From an uncultured bacterium (GTDB taxonomy: Bacteria > Zixibacteria > MSB-5A5 > JAABVY01 > JAHJOQ01), in contig CBDUQR010000057.1 in the NCBI GenBank assembly GCA_965369655.1, positions 1 through 14,066 of the forward strand: a stretch of 14,066 nucleotides of DNA, given 5' to 3'. Each line of letters starts with the position of its first letter. Position 1 is the stretch's first letter. The notes under the pieces were generated by a model. That model searched no databases. It was not told the DNA's origin and worked only from the letters and a program-made list of their open reading frames with translations. Positions 6,797 to 14,066 of the stretch are shown here, piece after piece. The translations under genes were made by a program, and so were the position numbers.

Positions 6797-6814
6797 TGTG
6801 TCCATTATGACACA
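6797..6814. promoter_or_regulatory. Inverted repeat, candidate enhancer-binding-protein site
   Basis: TGTGTC-cattat-GACACA (TGT-N12-ACA), about 65-80 nt upstream of a -24/-12 element. Confidence 0.5.
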
Positions 6815-6878
6815 CACGGATACAGCTCCAAACATTCTCATAAATCGTAACGCGCTGTCTTCCACCATGTTAACTGAT

Positions 6879-6894
6879 CGGCACGTTCTCTGCA
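6879..6894 (+). promoter_or_regulatory. Putative sigma54 (-24/-12) promoter
   Basis: CGGCACGTTCTCTGCA versus consensus TGGCACG-N4-TTGCW; GG 6880-6881 and GC 6892-6893 are exactly 10 nt apart. Confidence 0.65.
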
Positions 6895-6944
6895 ATAGTG
6901 TTGATCGAAACCAAAGAGAGAACCCTCTAAGAAAGGAGAACATC

Positions 6945-8048
6945 ATGAAATCGCAGATTCTTTTCGCAGCAGGAATGACCGCAGTAGCGGTTGCCGTCGT
7001 CGCGGGCTTTTTCTTCACAATCGAGAGACGCGATGCGATTCCATCCGTCGAGTCGGCGTTTCTCGAAACCGAAGAGGTTGAGTTCGCCGTCGACATCGAT
7101 GCGGAATTTTCCGCAGAACCGATCATCACCGATACCCCGAGTGTACCGGAGATAGTAATGATTCCGCTCGATACGATCGAGCTTGATTTCTCGAATGTGA
7201 ACTGCGCTGCCGTCATGGGTGGCAAAGCGATGGTCGGTACGGAAGGCGGCATCTTCATCTATGATCCGGTCGAAACATCGATTGAGCTGGTATCGATCTA
7301 CGACGGCCTGATCGATCCCCATGTCACCGCGCTCTGCCCGAATGGTGATCGGATCTACATCGGCACCAGGTCTGGTCTCTTTCTCAGGGATGAGAACGGC
7401 AACGTCGAGCAGATCGCTCCCGACCTGAAGGTCGAGATTACGGCGATCGCCGCGAAGGGCAACGACATCTACATCGGAACCACGACCGACGGCGTAATCA
7501 AAATCTCACCCATCGACACGACTGTCATCCTGAGCAGTCAGAATATCAGGGCGATTGAAGTCGGCGGATCAAACGTCTGGATAGCAGCTTATGACGACGG
7601 TCTGTATTGCTATGACGGTGTAAAATGCCGGAGGCGAAGCCTGATTTCCGACTCGACGGCCCTCGACTGCGTTTCCTCGCTCGGTTTCAAATTCGACAGG
7701 CTCTATGTAGGTACGTCAGAAGGCATGTATGTCTACGATGGCGGTTGCTGGGATATGTATGACGGCGACGACGGTCTCTTAGTCTGTGATGTGACGGCAA
7801 TAACATTCAAAGGCTGGAAAATCCTCGCCGGTACTCGTGACTGGGGATACTTCGAGATCTTCGAGGAATGGGTCAGGCCGATGGCCTGGTCAGAGGCGCT
7901 CGAAGTTACCGCTCTCGCGTCGGATGGAAACCTGGTTGTGCTCGGGACGCCTGACAACGGCGCATATATCGCGACCGAAGATGATGTCCGTCATGTCAAC
8001 CCGGATATCGAGATATTCGAGATTCCACAGTTCGCACTCTTCTTCTGA
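6945..8048 (+). CDS. Membrane-anchored beta-propeller protein (two-component-sensor propeller-like blades)
   Basis: AAGGAG SD then ATG 6945 (ORF-track start 6753 is too early). N-terminal hydrophobic helix, acidic linker, repeated blades VTAL..IYIGTRSGLF, ITAI..IYIGTTTDGV, LYVGTSEGMYVYDG, DGLLVCDVTAI. Confidence 0.8.
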   Translation: MKSQILFAAGMTAVAVAVVAGFFFTIERRDAIPSVESAFLETEEVEFAVDIDAEFSAEPIITDTPSVPEIVMIPLDTIELDFSNVNCAAVMGGKAMVGTEGGIFIYDPVETSIELVSIYDGLIDPHVTALCPNGDRIYIGTRSGLFLRDENGNVEQIAPDLKVEITAIAAKGNDIYIGTTTDGVIKISPIDTTVILSSQNIRAIEVGGSNVWIAAYDDGLYCYDGVKCRRRSLISDSTALDCVSSLGFKFDRLYVGTSEGMYVYDGGCWDMYDGDDGLLVCDVTAITFKGWKILAGTRDWGYFEIFEEWVRPMAWSEALEVTALASDGNLVVLGTPDNGAYIATEDDVRHVNPDIEIFEIPQFALFF

Positions 8049-8057
8049 TCGAATCGA

Positions 8058-8090
8058 CAACGGCTGTCTCAGACAAAGAGACAGCCGTTG
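8058..8090. terminator. Hairpin between convergent genes, probable bidirectional terminator
   Basis: CAACGGCTGTCTC-agacaaa-GAGACAGCCGTTG, perfect 13-bp stem between the stops at 8048 and 8111. Confidence 0.75.
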
Positions 8091-8110
8091 AAATTCCAAA
8101 GATCACGAAA

Positions 8111-9865
8111 TCACATGCCGATGAAACTCTCCCAAAGCTCTCTTGACGATTCAGGCATCGGGCTCCGGAGATTTGCCCGATAGAGCATCCGATTCCCAAG
8201 CGTAATCGTAGTTTTTTTCTTCTCTCCGTTTCTCTCGAAGCCGAGATCGATTTTGTCGCCCGGTTTCATCCCGGCCACCAGTTTGTTCAAGTCCGACGCC
8301 TTGCTCATCTTGAATCCGCGCAATTCACTCAGGACGTCGCCGAACTCGATCCCCGCCTGTTGAGCAGGTCCGCCCGGTTCCACATATTCGACAGAGAGAT
8401 CATTGATGCCGGCCATGAGCAGCCCGATCTGAGGATTTCCGCTCGGCTCATGTTTGATACTGACCCCGTAAGGTTCGATGATCCTGTCGAGATCGATCAC
8501 TTCAGAGCCTCTAAAATGGGCGTCGAGGAGTGAATCGATCTCCGGCAGACCGAGGTCTTTGAACAGGCTGAACAACTCGAACTCAGTGTATCCCCCGGCG
8601 CCGCCATATGAATGTGACAGGCTGTTGAGAGCGCTCTCGATTGCCATCTCGCCACCGCTGTTCTTGTGCATCATGAGATCGAACATAGCAACCATCATAA
8701 ACGAATAGACGCTTCTCTCATCGGAGTTGGGAAGCTGCAGGAGCGCAAACAGCGACAAGCCTTTCCTGCGAAGCTGTTCTGTGTAGGATGTGTATGTCTT
8801 CGCAACTCTGGCCAGGAAATCATCCCTGCTGATAAAACCGAGCCGCAGCATCGATTTCAACTGCATGTAGTTCAAAACGCCGGTAGTGAACCAGTCGAGT
8901 CGCGCGGTTGAGGCAGGCCTGAAGTATCCGGGAGTCCAGAAGCTCAGGAGATTATAGGTGATCAGCCCCATCTGTTCGTCGAGCTGTGACTGGCCTGTCT
9001 TCTCATCTATCAGACAGTTGAAACTGCGCGTGCCAACCGCTCCGTAGCTATGTGTTCCGGATGCCTTTCCTGAGCTCGGCGTGAAATAGACCGTCATGCT
9101 GATTCTGTGATGCGGCAGAGTCCCAAATATGGATACGTAGAAATCGAGGATCGAGTCGATTCGAGGCTGGAGATCGTCGGCGGAAAAGCCAAGCCCTGTG
9201 CGACTGATTCCACAGATGATCGAGTCGCCATCCCTCTCGTATGTCTGCACGTCAAAATCGCCCAGGGCCCAGAATTCGCCGCGCAGGAGACTCAGGCTCC
9301 CAACTCGATAACTGCTCTCGCCAATTTTCTCATACGGCGTTATGAAGACCACATTCTCGGGACCTTCGAACGTGATATCGATATTGCCAATCCTGCTGCC
9401 ATCAGCATCTTTCGGGTACACGACTATCGCGGCGCCTGGAAATATCGCGGCAGTACCCCACATCAGCGGTGTGTCATCGATCCCGAGAGCGCTCTGAGTC
9501 TTATAGTGATCCATCACTATGATGTAGTTCGCAGTGTAGGATCCTTTCAGCCCGCTCGCGCGATATTGTCCAGCCGTGTCCTCCACGAAATCTACGCGTT
9601 CACCATGATTGTCCCGGAGCGTGAAGGCTCTTATGTGTTTCCTGTAACCCCGCGTGTAGTGGTTGTCGACATCATCGAGGACAAACATGACTTCACCCGT
9701 GCGTGCCGGAAACGTGTAATCGGCCTGAACCTCGATGAGTTTCCTCATTGGGTTCGCTATCCTGAACTTGTAGCTCAGGCTCCAGTCATTGGGACTTATA
9801 TCCTGGGCCGCGACGAGCCCGACGCAGAATAGAACAAGAAGCGCTCCAACAGTGACAATCCGCAT
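8111..9865 (-). CDS. Exported peptidase M61-like protein with C-terminal PDZ domain, lacking HExxH
   Basis: Signal peptide; M61-like N-terminal beta domain; helical region ending LDWFTTGVLNY and FDLMMHKNSGGEMAIESAL; PDZ VEYVEPGGPAQQAGIEFGDVLSELRG..KPGDKIDLGFERNG; AAGGGAAGGA SD. Confidence 0.8.
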   Translation of the reverse strand: MRIVTVGALLVLFCVGLVAAQDISPNDWSLSYKFRIANPMRKLIEVQADYTFPARTGEVMFVLDDVDNHYTRGYRKHIRAFTLRDNHGERVDFVEDTAGQYRASGLKGSYTANYIIVMDHYKTQSALGIDDTPLMWGTAAIFPGAAIVVYPKDADGSRIGNIDITFEGPENVVFITPYEKIGESSYRVGSLSLLRGEFWALGDFDVQTYERDGDSIICGISRTGLGFSADDLQPRIDSILDFYVSIFGTLPHHRISMTVYFTPSSGKASGTHSYGAVGTRSFNCLIDEKTGQSQLDEQMGLITYNLLSFWTPGYFRPASTARLDWFTTGVLNYMQLKSMLRLGFISRDDFLARVAKTYTSYTEQLRRKGLSLFALLQLPNSDERSVYSFMMVAMFDLMMHKNSGGEMAIESALNSLSHSYGGAGGYTEFELFSLFKDLGLPEIDSLLDAHFRGSEVIDLDRIIEPYGVSIKHEPSGNPQIGLLMAGINDLSVEYVEPGGPAQQAGIEFGDVLSELRGFKMSKASDLNKLVAGMKPGDKIDLGFERNGEKKKTTITLGNRMLYRANLRSPMPESSRELWESFIGM

Positions 9866-9981
9866 AGCATCCTTCCCTTATGAACTTTCCTCGTTATACA
9901 AACGGCGGCATCTCAGTTGCCACCTTTATTTATCGGCGATACCACGCTCAATCATGTGTGGAAATGCAGTTCGCCGATCAT

Positions 9982-11421
9982 TCAATATATGAATTCTATC
10001 TCGATTCTGCGATTCTTTTCTCTTCCCGCCCTGGTCTGATTGGAGGCAAGAAAGCCGGTCATACCCTTCCCAACAGCCTCGATCCGATCACGATCTGTTC
10101 CGTTCAGCACAAGGTAGTTCCTGATCTTATCGGCTCGCTTCCGGGACAACTTCAAGTTAGCCTCGACGTTCCCGATATTGTCGGTGTAACCAAAAACCTT
10201 CACCGCCACGCCGGGAAATGCCTTCAGCCAGTCAGTCAGGCTATCGAGAAACAATCCTGTCTTCATATCGATTTCCGCACCGCCCGGCTGGTAGCTCACA
10301 TGCAGGACTTTCTTTGAGAAGATCAGAGATTTGTCGAAACAACCATCATTGTCCACCTGATAACCGCGAGGTGTGTTCGGGCACTTGTCGATATCATCCG
10401 GCACGCCGTCCGAATCCTGATCGAGCGGACAACCTGCTGTATCGACAGTCATGTTCAGCGGAGTATCGAAACAATCGTCCATATAGTCAGGCACGCCATC
10501 CGAGTCGATGTCAGTCGGACAACCCGTTTCATCCACAAACCCCTTCGCTTCGATCGGCGTATCGGGACAGAGGTCGATGTCATCTCTAACGCCGTCGTAG
10601 TCCGAATCGGCATAGAAATCATCTGCTGACTGACGCAGGTTATCAAAGGGAGAGCCTCCGTCCGGTTCGCGCTCGATAAAACGAGACGGCTGCTTTCTCA
10701 CGACTGCCATTTCGCCGCTGTCGCGCCATTTCTCCCACAACGTTCTGTGGCGCTTTCCGAAATAGAACGCGAGTCCGACCTTGAAATTGGCATACCCTCT
10801 CGACCTGTAGTCCTCGGTTGCATCGTCGAAATCAGCGCCGATACCGGTAAGATAGAAAAGCTCAATGTTATAGTTGATGCTCCACCGGGGATGGATAAAG
10901 CTCTCGGCTCCGATCCCGCCGAGAATGAAAAGCTCGGTCGCTTTGTAGTCTGTGTCGGAGCCACCGGAGTTAGTTACGGACACGGGCTGACCTGTCGCGA
11001 TGCTCCTGATGTCCCAGATGGAGAGCCCTACGCCGAGTTTCGCATACGGCATGAACGATCCTTCGGGATAGACATAGATTTTTCCGGCCAGTCCGAAACC
11101 ATAATTCTTCCAGACCTCGTTGGCGTTCTCGCGACCGATCTTGAATGTTTCAATCGACACGGAATCGTTGTAAACTTTGGAGTAGGAGAACAGCGGCCCG
11201 ACAGACAGTCTCTCGGTTGCCTTGTAATAGAATCTCGCTTCAAAGGTGGGCGAAATGACCCAGGGCTGACTGTTGCGGTTGAATGTGGCTTGCCTCACTC
11301 CGGCGCCGAGGTTGATCGACCACCTCCTGCCAAGTCCGGCTGTGGCGTCCGACAGCGGAGCCAGACAGAATGCCAGGATCATCAGACGCAGCAACGCATT
11401 TCTTGCCGTTACGCAAACCAT
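9982..11421 (-). CDS. OmpA-family outer membrane protein: beta-barrel, TSP3-like Ca-binding repeats, OmpA C-terminal peptidoglycan-binding domain
   Basis: Signal peptide; barrel strands (FMPYAKLGVG, FKVGLAFYFG); three DxDxDGVxDxxDxC repeats at about 10339-10608; GYTDNIG..NLKLSRKRA..NRRIEI. Start may be the later Met (MILAF). Confidence 0.92.
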   Translation of the reverse strand: MVCVTARNALLRLMILAFCLAPLSDATAGLGRRWSINLGAGVRQATFNRNSQPWVISPTFEARFYYKATERLSVGPLFSYSKVYNDSVSIETFKIGRENANEVWKNYGFGLAGKIYVYPEGSFMPYAKLGVGLSIWDIRSIATGQPVSVTNSGGSDTDYKATELFILGGIGAESFIHPRWSINYNIELFYLTGIGADFDDATEDYRSRGYANFKVGLAFYFGKRHRTLWEKWRDSGEMAVVRKQPSRFIEREPDGGSPFDNLRQSADDFYADSDYDGVRDDIDLCPDTPIEAKGFVDETGCPTDIDSDGVPDYMDDCFDTPLNMTVDTAGCPLDQDSDGVPDDIDKCPNTPRGYQVDNDGCFDKSLIFSKKVLHVSYQPGGAEIDMKTGLFLDSLTDWLKAFPGVAVKVFGYTDNIGNVEANLKLSRKRADKIRNYLVLNGTDRDRIEAVGKGMTGFLASNQTRAGREKNRRIEIEFIY

Positions 11422-11479
11422 AACATCTATGATAATGCAAAGCGCTCACGGATTTGCAACAAAAAAGTGCAGACGGTCA

Positions 11480-12727
11480 TCAGCGGTATATGGAGAAAAT
11501 CTCGACGCCTGTGTAATATGACGACAATATCCTCCGGTAATCCTGTCCATTACGCGAGCGCCCGAGCGCCCCGCACTGACACATTCCCACGCCATGACCA
11601 TTGCCGCGCCCGTCGATCCCGACCCTATCGATCCGACCGTCGGCATCGCGCATCAGTGTTACCTCGAAGTTTGTCGAGGGGAGAATCGCATTATCTCTGT
11701 CCGGCCTCATAAGCGCCCATCTTATCTCATCCTTCAGGAGGAGAAACTTGCCCCTGTCTGTCAACACCTGCAGGACTTTGATCCGTCCCGACGGCAACCG
11801 TTCTATCACAACGATGTCCTCGATGCGAACATCTCGCCCTTCCAGCCGCTTTCTGTCGCGAAGATACTCGGAGATAGACTTCTCCAGTTTCTTTCTCGGC
11901 CATGTGTATGACCATTCGTAGAATTTCGACCACTCGCAGAAATGGTCATCCGGCATTGCCTTGAGATACGATCGCGGCTGCCGTTTCCAGACATCCTCAA
12001 TGTTGTCCGTCGCGCCGCCACAGGTAGAATGGTAATAGGCTGTGATCAACTCACCGTCGTTGAGGAGCACTTCACCTCTCGTCGCGTCGACAGCTTTGTT
12101 GATCCAGCCATCCTCAATCTGCATTCCGCTGTAAATCTGATCGGCGACATCATTGACCATATCGTACGGTTTCACCGGATTGAGCCTGAAGCGCGAAAAC
12201 GCGTATGTTCTCGAAGCCACTGCCTGCGCTTTCAGTGCTTCGAACTCAGGTTTGCCGTGACGACCGATCTCCGGCGGCAGCACTCCCTTCAGATAATCCT
12301 CGGTGTACACGGCATTGACCACCGTGATGGAGCCATTTTCGATAATCATATCCGCAATACCGCGAAACGGTTTGCCATTAAGATACAGATGACTCTCGAT
12401 GTTCCTCGGAATGGCGACCACTCGCACGAGAGATTTCTCGAGTGGTATCCCGATCTGCTCGTGTACAGAGATCATCCCATCCGACATCGAAACAACTATG
12501 GCTGAATTGGAGCGATAATCAGTCGATTCACCCTCCGCGCTCATGCACAATATCTCATAAGGTCCGGTACACCTGAGCTTGAGCTTCGATGTTTCCATTA
12601 TTTTCACTCGGACAAAGGGCCGCATGAGATGCTTGTAGCCCCTGCGCTTCTCGACATAGTCGAATCTCGCACAACCGAACGAACTTAGCAGCAATGCCAG
12701 CAGAAGGAGGCTCGTGAGGTATCTCAT
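11480..12727 (-). CDS. SpoIID/LytB domain lipoprotein (lytic transglycosylase family)
   Basis: Lipobox SSFG-C; EDYLKGVLPPEI with the conserved Glu, EALKAQAVASRTYA, DQIYSG, AVDATRGEVL, YYHSTCGG, GHGVGMCQCGA, ILSSYYTG. Confidence 0.94.
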   Translation of the reverse strand: MRYLTSLLLLALLLSSFGCARFDYVEKRRGYKHLMRPFVRVKIMETSKLKLRCTGPYEILCMSAEGESTDYRSNSAIVVSMSDGMISVHEQIGIPLEKSLVRVVAIPRNIESHLYLNGKPFRGIADMIIENGSITVVNAVYTEDYLKGVLPPEIGRHGKPEFEALKAQAVASRTYAFSRFRLNPVKPYDMVNDVADQIYSGMQIEDGWINKAVDATRGEVLLNDGELITAYYHSTCGGATDNIEDVWKRQPRSYLKAMPDDHFCEWSKFYEWSYTWPRKKLEKSISEYLRDRKRLEGRDVRIEDIVVIERLPSGRIKVLQVLTDRGKFLLLKDEIRWALMRPDRDNAILPSTNFEVTLMRDADGRIDRVGIDGRGNGHGVGMCQCGALGRSRNGQDYRRILSSYYTGVEIFSIYR

Positions 12728-13902
12728 GCCGGTGTGATTTTTCCGAGGATAACTTTCCGGCCCGCGCCGGTTACATTCGGCAGATTACCCGGCACACCAT
12801 CGATGGTGAGATTCGCAAGCAGGGCGAACGAAATCGATTCTACGAAATCGGGATCGATATCGACGACGCCGGTGTCGGTCACATCAACTCCTTCGAACAA
12901 ATCAGCCAGCCTTCTCATCATGAATAGGTTGTGACAGCCTCCTCCGCAAACCAAAACTTTCGTCACATCGGTGAATCTGGAACCAAACCGGGCTATGCAG
13001 TACGCGGTAAAGAACGACAGCGTAGCGAGTACAGATTCCGCTCTTATCTGAAGCCGACCGGAGAAATCGAGGATTCCATCGACGACCCCTGATCCGAACT
13101 GCTCCCTGCCGAGAGAAATCGGCATTTTTCTGCGCAGGAATCCCATCTTCTTTAGATAGATCAGAAGTCGTTTATCCACCTCGCCCTTCGACGCCAGCTT
13201 ACCGGCGCGATCATAATCCCTGCCGAACAGTCGTCGGCAGACTTCATCGAGAAGCATATTGCCGGGACCGCAGTCGCTCGAAACGACACTGTCGATACTG
13301 CATGACGAGGGCAGATAAGTCAGGTTGGAAATCCCCCCGATGTTTACAACGATTCGCGATTGTCCCGACTGTCTGAACAGGTAGTGATGCGCTATCGGCG
13401 TCAACGGAGCGCCGCGACCACCGGCGGCAATATCCGCCGAGCGGAAATCGGATACGACCGGCGCCCCAAATCTCTGCGATATGATTTCCGTGGACCCGAT
13501 CTGAAGTGTCATGGCGCGTACTCTTCGCCTGCGGACTTCCGAGTGACAGACTGTCTGACCATGACAACCGACAAGATCAACAGACAACCCGCGCGCACGA
13601 TCCGTGTCGAGCAGCTTACCTACGGCATCAGAGTAGAATACGCCAAGTTCATGATCGAGTTCGAGAAGATCGCGCTTGGAAACCCTGTCATCGCCCGCGA
13701 TGTCCAGGAGCCTGTCTCTCAGCTTGCGAGGAAACGGGACGTAATAGTTGATCGACTCCGCAAGGCGGTAATCCTTCCGGAACCGGGCAATCGATATATC
13801 CACACCATCGAGCGACGTCCCCGACATTATCCCGACGGTCCGGCGCTTTTCAAGCGGCTTGTCAATGATCGACCTAGTGTCGTGTCCCGGATATATGTTC
13901 AT
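12724..13902 (-). CDS. anmK: Anhydro-N-acetylmuramic acid kinase
   Basis: GIMSGTSLDGVD, GCHGQTV, SDFRSADIAAGGRGAPL, NIGGISNLT, DCGPGNMLLD, VCGGG, ESISFALLA. Start moved to ATG 13902 because most of the extra 19 codons in the ORF track translate a REP element. Stop overlaps the next ATG (ATGA). Confidence 0.95.
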   Translation of the reverse strand: MNIYPGHDTRSIIDKPLEKRRTVGIMSGTSLDGVDISIARFRKDYRLAESINYYVPFPRKLRDRLLDIAGDDRVSKRDLLELDHELGVFYSDAVGKLLDTDRARGLSVDLVGCHGQTVCHSEVRRRRVRAMTLQIGSTEIISQRFGAPVVSDFRSADIAAGGRGAPLTPIAHHYLFRQSGQSRIVVNIGGISNLTYLPSSCSIDSVVSSDCGPGNMLLDEVCRRLFGRDYDRAGKLASKGEVDKRLLIYLKKMGFLRRKMPISLGREQFGSGVVDGILDFSGRLQIRAESVLATLSFFTAYCIARFGSRFTDVTKVLVCGGGCHNLFMMRRLADLFEGVDVTDTGVVDIDPDFVESISFALLANLTIDGVPGNLPNVTGAGRKVILGKITPA

Positions 13903-13915
13903 ATATTCTTTTGTA

Positions 13916-13964
13916 GTAGCACGGGCATCCTGCCCGTGAATCATGGGCAAGATGCCCATGCCAC
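13916..13964. repeat. Inverted REP doublet (GTAG/GTGG type)
   Basis: GTAG-CACGGGCA-tcc-TGCCCGTG, aat, then on the minus strand GTGG-CATGGGCA-tct-TGCCCATG. Confidence 0.88.
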
Positions 13965-14066
13965 GATTTAATTTGCCGCTTTTTATTGTGAATGGATTCC
14001 TGGGACATGATACTAGTGGTGTGACACATATATACCGCTATACTTTCTTCCACTTGTATGGTCTTG

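Noticed and set aside
6329-6810. Short ORFs overlapping the tRNA
   Set aside because: They are translations of the tRNA and its promoter region.
9107-13971. Long antisense ORFs (9107-9832, 10747-11712, 11942-12505, 13360-13971)
   Set aside because: Shadow frames of well-supported minus-strand genes, expected from codon bias; no motifs of their own.

Overview
Bacterial, diderm-looking chromosomal window with no integrase, transposase or reverse transcriptase. Left to right: a truncated minus-strand gene missed by the ORF track (1-359); a cluster of short palindromic repeats (457-796); a DUF2884/YggN-like exported protein behind an ECF-type promoter; an RRM RNA-binding protein with a long 5' UTR; a class I SAM methyltransferase; a lipoprotein built from seven near-identical 156-bp repeats (probable 7-bladed beta-propeller) whose variation is confined to a few codons; a second, nested REP-like cluster (4572-4905); a hypothetical protein with a degenerate restriction-endonuclease-like C-terminus; tRNA-Pro(UGG); a membrane-anchored beta-propeller protein behind a sigma54-type promoter; and a minus-strand envelope run anmK - SpoIID/LytB lipoprotein - OmpA/TSP3 protein - M61-like PDZ protein lacking its zinc ligands. 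The most unusual signals are the hypervariable propeller, the modular nested palindromic repeats, and the apparent pseudopeptidase linked to anhydro-muropeptide genes. Family calls are by-eye motif recognition, not database searches.
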